Shown here: positions 1 through 64,000 of the stretch, in pieces
Position numbering within the stretch: the stretch's first letter is position 1
Layout of the letters: each line of letters begins with the position of its first letter
DNA from: Eledone cirrhosa
Taxonomy: Eukaryota
NCBI GenBank assembly: GCA_964016885.1
Contig: OZ024740.1
Location: 341,248,001 to 341,312,000, forward strand
DNA length: 64,000 nt
Reading direction: 5' to 3'
Translations under genes and position numbers: made by a program
Notes under the pieces: generated by a model
The model's input: the letters and a program-made list of their open reading frames with translations, nothing else
Database searches by the model: none
What the model was told of the DNA's origin: nothing

Positions 1-860
1 AATTGTTCACAAGCCTGTTTGTCAATATTATTATTGTTTTTTGTTGGTATGTGTGTGTGATGGTTGTTATGTTGCAGGTGTGTAGGAATGATAATATTGT
101 GCTGATAGACATTTGTGTTTTTGTTTTTCTGGTGTAGTGTGTATTCCTCAACATATAGCCAGTTCCTCAGGCAGGTCAAAATAACTGAATGTGTGTGTGT
201 GTTGAAGAAGATAATGTATATTAAACAAAATTTGGACCTTGTTATTTTCAGATGCTACAGCAGTTGAATTGGATTTTTCACCTATTGTAGTAGACTAGAC
301 CATGATTTGGACAAACATATCTGATAAATTTTATGTAAAGAGAAAATATTTTTTACAATTGCAATTCTATTTAATTATATTATTAAATCTCGATATTTGG
401 TTTTCACAATGAATTAATCTTCCTGTATTTGAATTTGTTGATAATGTAAGAGTTTTACAATACCATGCCAGCTCCCTCTACCTTGAATTGTTTTACCTAA
501 TCTGGTGGCCTTCTTAATCTTGTTTTATTCTCAATTAAACCATTTCTACCTTCTGTTACAGTGGACTTTTTTTTTGTTTTATCTTGGAAAACGGCTTCTA
601 TTTCTGGTTTGATGTTTTGATCAACACAAGTTTTAATTTGATGTATATTAATCTTTACAAAGGTCTATGATATTGGATACTGCAGATATTAACCTAATTC
701 TGCTTTTAATTGCCCTGATTGATTGCTCTTTATCAAACTATCAATGACCACTTGGGTTTGTTTTTATTTTAACATCCATTGTATTGTCGTATCTATTGCT
801 GAGGTTGTTCTTATGTTTTTTATTTCTTCTACCAAAATATTCCTCCATCTTACAACACGC

Positions 861-901
<41 letters not shown>

Positions 902-1289
902 GTGTATATAAATATATATATTATATTATATATTTTATATATATATGTATATATATTACAGACTTGCACCCCCCCCCCCGGTTTGAACTCCCCACCCCTC
1001 TTCCTTTAGCCTTCAACTGACTCCCCCTACCCATCCTCCTTTCCCCCTAACAAACACCACCAACCTCTACCCACACCTCACCACTCTACTAATACTTCTA
1101 CTACTACACCACCCTTTCCTTCAACATTACCAATCTTCACAAAAACACACGCACTTACACCCTGAACACACACATACACCAATATATACACCCATTCACA
1201 CCAACTTTACCTCTTCACATGTCCACCACACCTTCTGCATACACATACATGCATACATACACACATGCCACTTTCACCCACACACACGG

Positions 1290-1712
1290 GGCGGACGGAA
1301 GCCCCGTAAGCCATAGTGTAGGCAACCTGTCTAGGAGAGCTACCACTCCGAAAAGATTGGTGCTGGGTAGAGAAGTCCCCTAAGTCCAGTAAGACAACTT
1401 CCCTAGTGCTGGTGGCACGAATAAAAGCACCCGGTCCATGCTGTAAAGTGGTGCTGGTGTTAGGAAGGGCATCCAACCAGTATATATACTACTGCCAAAA
1501 ACTATGAGCACAACAAATGAGAATTGCAACAACTGCGTAAACAGCAATAACACTAACCATGTTAGGGCTGCACATGGTAGTGGGGTGGCTAGTGTGGCCA
1601 CGTGCGACAACCCCCCCCCCCCCCCCCGACTGTCGTCAAGCAATTGCACAACAAGAATATGAACCGTCCTACCTTTGCAAGCAGGAAAAAGCGGACATAA
1701 AATGATGATGAT
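1290..1712 (+). repeat. RTE-type 3'-tail repeat ending in (TGA)n
   Basis: gttaggaagggcatcc and gaaaaagcggacataaaatgatgatgatg, shared with the 3' UTR of the RTE at 36955-39999. Confidence 0.6.
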
Positions 1713-2616
1713 GCCACCTGCCTGTCTACACAGCTACTAACCTCACACACACACACACACACACTCAGCAATACTACTAGCCTTTCACTCACCAGTCCTG
1801 TTCTGCAGGCTCCACCTCCTCCCCTCCCTCTCATACATTGCCCTGCCATCATCACCCTCACTACCCTCTCCTCCCACTCCTTTGACTTGACCATCTTGAC
1901 CTCTTCCTGCTGCGCGCACCACGATAACATTCCACTTCCTCATCGCCATATTTCAACTCAAGAAGAATGAATTTACCACATGGATATCCACGCGATTTTA
2001 CATCCGGATCTTTACCATCCACATACATACACACCAACATCCATTCAGAAACTTAGACACACACAAACACTGGCACCATTTTCACACATAGGCATCTACA
2101 CATTTCACATGAACCCACATCACCTACAGACACACCACGCATTCCCCTCTCTTAACCACACAAACACACACACATACACATCTACACATACACCCACACT
2201 CCACCCCACACCGCCTCCGGATTTGACATGATCTCATCTCACCCCATCCAACCTTTTCCATCCACAAACACACACCCACACCTACTCATACAGGGACTAT
2301 ACATGCACAGAGATACACTCCTCTCCAACACACACTATGGTTTTTCATAACCCACAATCACATACACTCACTTCTTCCCAGACTCTCACACTTACATCTA
2401 CACACACCTTACCTTCCACCATTCCCGTTCGGACTCCAATTCTCTTGTTCCTATATTTATATATATGTTATATATATATTATATATATTATATATGCAAA
2501 TAACTATGTTGAGTGGAGAGAAGTTATGTCAATGCAAATTTGATGATTTTTTCTCTTTTAATTCAGTGACTTTATTATTGTTTTCTGTCTAAAACTATCA
2601 GTAACATACTTTGACA

Positions 2617-2695
<79 letters not shown>

Positions 2696-2805
2696 CCATT
2701 CATACACACACACACGCGCACACAGACACACACTTCAATTTTGAACTTTTTCAATATCAAAGATGGGTTTTGTTTTATGATTTCTCTGTCCTTTTTCTTC
2801 TTCAG

Positions 2806-58792
<55,987 letters not shown>

Positions 58793-58835
58793 GTTACTCA
58801 CACACTTTTAATATTACAAATTGTTTGATTCTCAC

Positions 58836-58841
58836 AATAAA
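58836..58841 (+). promoter_or_regulatory. Candidate polyadenylation signal of WDR59
   Basis: AATAAA about 44 nt after the stop, followed by T-rich sequence; chance AATAAA is common in AT-rich DNA. Confidence 0.45.
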
Positions 58842-59112
58842 CCTCTAGTTTTTATCTTTTCGTCTTGTTCCTTTCTTTTTTTAAAATTTGTTTTTATAAA
58901 GCTGTATATAGCTATGGTGTGGCCACACTTAGAATTTGCATCACCAGTCAGGAACCCCTCCATACACACGCACACATGTATATCATGACTCTTATGCTGT
59001 TCATTTTCCTGACATTTGTACATTATTCTATGTACTATACATGTACATTTGACGAGCTGTAGTGCACCTGAGCACTGTACACAATAATTTCATAATTATT
59101 ATTATTATATCA

Positions 59113-60394
59113 CTAGCAGTTTAGCCCGGCGTTGCTCGGGTTTGTTCATTTGCTATGAAAAGTTACATACAGATAAACGTGGCTTGAAAGCGAATAAGCT
59201 TATCAATTAAGTGCATAAAGCAGTTGAACTGGTTATTAAAAGTTACGAACCAATTAGCATTTTGGACAGTGAATTTAGCAGACCAAAGTTGCAAGATGGT
59301 GGCCCTGATGCCGCTGGGTGTCAGATCTGTCCGCCATGGGTGACCCTACCAGGAAATAGTTTTCCAGACGGCATAGTTCCAACACCTCCAACACCTGCAC
59401 CAACATCTATAGCACCTCTTTGTAGACGATATTGCATGTCATCCCTTGAGGAATGTAAGCAAAAAGTCCATTCCTGCTCCCTACTCGGGAACAGGCAACA
59501 TGAAGTTGGCCATGGGAGAAGCATGGCTCCGCCACTGACAATGTTTGCCCTTGTGACTTGTTAATGGACATGGCAAAACATGGTCTCACTGGGAATTGGG
59601 ATCGCCGGAAATCGAACAGGATCTGACGCTGAGGGAAAAAGGTTCATCCTTGGCAGTGTATTCGGCAGAATTGCCAGAAGTACAACACTATGGGTGTTGT
59701 CATATTAATATTTAACCAATGAAAGTCGTAAAAAATAAATAATTTAAACATTCCAATTCATATGTCTATAGCATTAATCTGTTATATGAAGTGTTAATTT
59801 GCAGGTTGTTATTTGCAATAAGCCGATTTAAAATACCCCAGAAAAGCCGTATGTCAATATGGAACTCCAATGCCTCCCCCAGCAGTTAAATTATAGAGAG
59901 GGGGAATAATCTATTATAGAGAGAGGGAAGAGTGATGGAGAGAGTAAAGCTAAGAAACTATAGGGAGGTGTGTTGAACTTCAAAGCATAAAGAGAGTAAA
60001 GCATTTAAATTATAGAGAGGGGGAATGATCTATTATAGAGAGAGGGAAGAGCGACGGAGAGAGCGTTATGACTAGGTTTGTTGTATAAAATGATGTGTTG
60101 CTTAGTTTTCAAAGTTTATGTCGCGTTCCTGAACGAAGTTTTGTCGCTGTTGGGTAGTAGAGAGAGGGATTAAGTGTGTAAGAGAGAGGGTTACAGCATG
60201 TATTTAGTTTTATCGATTTTTTTTCATAGAAGCAGGAAATTTTTGGTAAAGTTTATTACGTGTTGACCATCGTTGGTAAATTTGGAGCACATTGGAAAAA
60301 AAATCATCAAAATCGGTAGAGAAATGTGGAAATGCATAAAAATCATACACATACACACAGACAGACATCTTCCGTTTTATATATATAATAGAGA
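59113..60394 (-). mobile_element. Non-autonomous Helitron retaining a PIF1-type helicase C-terminal fragment
   Basis: A|TC 5' end at 60394, hairpin cccggc-gtt-gctcggg, CTAG|T 3' end; RSQFPVRPCFAMSINKSQGQTL...CFSHGQLHVACSRVG...NIVYKEVL at ~59407-59610. Confidence 0.92.
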
Positions 60395-60397
60395 TTA

Positions 60398-60857
60398 TCT
60401 AAACTATAATAAAGTAAGGAGTGCGGGACTGCGTCCAGATTATATTTTTTTTATCCCGTTTGTAAAATAAGTTAGATTACTTTGAATAAATAATATAAAT
60501 GAATATTACATAATTTATTTACTAAATTTCTTTATTCTTGATTAAATATAAATAATTTTGTTGCTTATTTTAAGATTCACTTCTTTAAAATTTTCAAATG
60601 TCAACAATTCCGGTTAGCGATCGCTAATTTTCTCCTAATGCAGTTTATATATATCGCCTTTTTTTAATGTATCATGGATTACGTTACTGATTACAGAAGA
60701 CAATGTCTTCACAGTCTTCGTTCAATTTCTGTGTATATTGTCAATTACGATTTTATTTGATGTATCATATCTACATGCATATATACTTGCATATAATATC
60801 AATATACACATTACACATGCTAGCAGAAAACCATCCTAAGGGTGGTTTTTCTGCTAG
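60398..60857 (+). mobile_element. Probable second non-autonomous Helitron
   Basis: A|TCTAAACTATAATAAAG 5' end; hairpin accatcc-taa-gggtggt, then CTAG|T. Confidence 0.55.
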
Positions 60858-61087
60858 TTATAATATTAACTAACAGGTTTTTCTGCTAGTTATAATAATA
60901 ACTAGATAAATCCAGTTCATCTTTGGAGAATGCTTTCTGTAGTTTGTTCAGAATATGGAAATGAATTCAAGAAGTTGAAATCGATTATTGTGGTTGCCAG
61001 AAGAATGGCGGAGAGAAATACAAATAATTGTAAAATTATTAAATGAACTATAATAAAAAATAAAAAAAGGTCCCTTGACATAGATAG

Positions 61088-64000
61088 ATTTCTTTATTTG
61101 CCACAAGGGCGCACAAGAAAAGGGGACAATACAAAAACATGCTGGGGATTTTACAAACAGTCGTGTAAAAAATATAAAAACAAACAATTACAACAATCGA
61201 AATCCCCAACGGGGGAAGCGCCACAAATGGGTTGTTTAATACCCCGTCGATAGAACAACCTTCAACTCCAGGAGTGTGTTGTGCAAGTGCTCCTTTCTTC
61301 CTTTTGCTCTCTTCCTCAACCTACAGGCTTATAAACAGAGAAGGCCCAATCAGTTGGGCCATTTTCGCTTCATTCACCCACCTTTCAGTAAATTTACTGG
61401 GGTGCAGTGCCTCTCTCTCCACTCTGATTCTCCTTCTAAAGTGATACTTAAAGAAGGGAATCAATTGTTGTCCGGAGAGAAAGGCATCTGTCCTCAGTCC
61501 TCTCAATCTTGTCCACCATATAACTTCTTTCACCATAGCAGAGGAAAATCGCCTCTCTTTCGTTTTTGAAAGAAGCTGGCGGTTTGATCCTTACTATGGA
61601 CTCGGCAGTCAACTGGATTTGTCGCATACGCGACAGCAGTTGTTCTGCATAGTTCCACAGGTCGGTTACGCCCGGGCAGTGTACAATTGCGTGCAGGACT
61701 GTTTCAATGTCCTGCGCGCATCTTGGACACGTCGTCTTGGAAGGATCCCTGCCGGGGCATCCATGCCTGTAGTTCTTGTCACGAACCGGTAGAGCTCCTC
61801 GGTAGCACTGCCAGGCCAGGGACCTCTGGAAGTTGTCCATAGGTCCCGGGCGGAAAGTCCTACCAAACAGACTGGGTGAGCTCATCATCTTCGACGCCCA
61901 GAGTCTCTCCGAGCACGTTGTCACCCTTGTAACGTACAATCCCTCTATAGAATGTCGAAGTGGAGTCTCCACTAATTACTGTGCCCGCTTGCCAGAGGAC
62001 TGAGCGCCTGAGCGCATTCAATGTGCCAGGTGCCCATCGTTTTCGGTCATTTCTTGACCCAGGACTGCAGCTCCGTCAGTGACACGAGCTGTGGGAAAGC
62101 CTGTCTCACAAACGGTGCCCACACCGGTTGGGGGTCGGTGAGGAATACCTGGAGATGTCGGTGAGGAATACCTGGTGAGGTGTTCACGGGGACAAGGCAT
62201 GACAGTCAAGCGGTAGTAGATGACGGACGCTATGAAAGTGTACGCCACCTCCGCTCGACTTTTCAAGGACAGTTTGCACTCTGCCCACTTCTGGGTGAGT
62301 GCAAACACTTTGGCCGTGACCTCGTTTCAGTTTTTCTCCACCTGGAGGTCTGGACCGAACCAGACCCCGAGCAATTTCACCGGTCCGTCCGTCCAGCGTC
62401 CAACGACGCTGTCGGACGTCATCGGTTTGCCTCTCCATGTACCGAGTTGCAAACTGACAGACTTGTCCGGGTTTAGTTTTGCTCCCGTCAGCGTTTCGTA
62501 TTCTTTCAGTAAGTTGCCGATCACCCTGATTTCCGAGGTGCTCGGCACCATTACCGTCACGTCGGCATAAGCCGACACTGCTTTGCACAGTCCCGGTTCT
62601 AGAGGGATGCCCTGCAACAGCTCCAATTTCCGCAGTAGTGGCTCTAGAGTCAATACATACAGAATGGAGGAAGAGAGAGGGCACCGCTGTCTAATGGAAC
62701 GCGTAATTGCGAATGGCTCCAATAGGTAGCCGTTCACTTTGACCCTCAAGCAGATGCTGGTGTGCATTGCCTCGATCCAGCCTCTGAAAACGGGACCGAA
62801 ACCGGCTGCCTTCAGAACCGCTTCCAAGTATCGATGGTCGATCCTATCGAATGCCTTAGACTGATCCAAATTGATCAGAGCCCCACCGAAGCCGGGTTTA
62901 CTACCCACCCTCTCTATGATGTATCGCATGAGGTGGAGGTTGTCGTGTATGGATCTGGTCGGAATTGCACACGTTTGCGCTTTCCCTACCAGGTTCTTGA
63001 CGACAAGCACCAACCTCGTCGCTAGCACTTTGGCCAAAATCTTTAACTCTGTGTTGAGCAGAGTTATGGGCCTGAAGTTGTTAATTTTGTTCCCCTTGAT
63101 CTCGTCTTTCCTGATCAGCGTTACTACGCCCTTGCCTGCAGAACTGGGAATTCTCCCGTTCTGCTGCTAATTGCAGTAGACGGCTTCGAGGACGCCAGAG
63201 AACAAGTCCGGTATGCCTATGTAAAACTCATAGGGTAGACCATCTAGACCGGGTAACTTGCGTTTCCCGCAGCAGCACAGAGTGTCCTGTATCTCAGTGT
63301 CCATGATCGGTCTTTTGCAGAACTCGGCGTCCATGTTCGAGAGACGCGGCAGGCCGTTGAGGTATGTACTAAAGTCCATTGCCTCGTTCGGCTCACCGTC
63401 ATTCTGCTCAAACAGTCATGCAAAGTGCTGCTGAAAGGCCGCGCACATTTGCTTGTGGTCAAGTAGCACGCGTCCGTTTTGGTCTTTCAAAGACCGAATC
63501 GTGGACTTGTTGCCACTTTTCGCCTCCGCCACTCGGGCCCAGCTGACAGCTTTCGCTCCTTCGTTTCCTAGAGCACGTGTTTTGCTTCTGACCACGCAGC
63601 CTTCATGTTTTGCATCGAAGAACTGGTCCAGTTCCGTTCTCAACGCTAACACTCTAGCCGCGTTGCCACTGCTAAGTGCCTCCTCTACCTTGGCTACTAG
63701 TTCTCTTTCTATTTTGTTTTTCTCTAAGGCTAACTCTCTGCTAAACCCTATCGATTCTATTCTAATTGCTTTCTTGAGAGAGTACCACCATTTATTGTTG
63801 ACGATGGCTCCCGTTAACTGTTGCTTGACTAGTCTACTTATCCGTTCACTGTAAGCTTTACGTGCCGGGAATGACACGTTCAGCTTCCAGTATCCAGGTC
63901 CTTGTCTATGTGTTCTATCATGGTTGACTCAGCAGACGACTAATTTGTGATCTGAATAGGCAACCATGTGCCTTCGTGGACAGCTTAACATTTCCTTGTC
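61088..64000 (-). mobile_element. Tx1/L1-clade LINE ORF2 (disrupted, runs off the window)
   Basis: SDHK...GPGYWKLN.S, PGLDGLPYEFY, NFRPITLLNTELKILAK, NLDQSKAFDRIDH, RQ.CPLS, AYAD, and zf-RVT W...RGALPVRD...CPRC...ETVLHAIVHC; frameshifts. Confidence 0.93.

Noticed and set aside
590-860. Possible very old Penelope RT remnant on the minus strand
   Set aside because: Only faint motif similarity; not supportable without an alignment.

Overview
AT-rich, repeat-dense animal genomic DNA. The repeat landscape (TA/TG microsatellites, RTE LINEs with (TGA)n tails, tRNA-head SINEs) resembles octopus/coleoid genomes; this is inference, not a database match. One host gene is present: the 3' part of WDR59 (GATOR2 subunit) on the + strand. 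It is read as six short exons (2806-2863, 17379-17474, 34017-34131, 40251-40393, 52497-52604, 58656-58792) that splice in frame, end in the C-terminal zinc finger/RING, and are separated by 6-16.5 kb introns; the first two exons are less certain. Introns and the 3' flank hold RTE, RTE-X-like, Tx1/L1 and CRE-like non-LTR retrotransposons, Penelope-like elements, maT (DD37D) and mariner remnants, hAT/piggyBac/Tc1 MITEs, non-autonomous Helitrons and SINEs. The most unusual signal is a set of type I hammerhead ribozyme (HHR) motifs: (1) an ORF-less ~464-bp tandem unit with two minimal HHRs, an octamer motif and a terminal inversion (35858-36870, retrozyme-like); (2) a 1.35-kb fold-back element whose HHR has a U3-A8 covariant core (31272-32620); (3) a Penelope element with HHRs in inverted pLTRs (22056-24763); (4) several decayed HHRs. 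Most ORFs in the supplied track are microsatellite artefacts. Repeat boundaries were read by eye and may be off by some bases.
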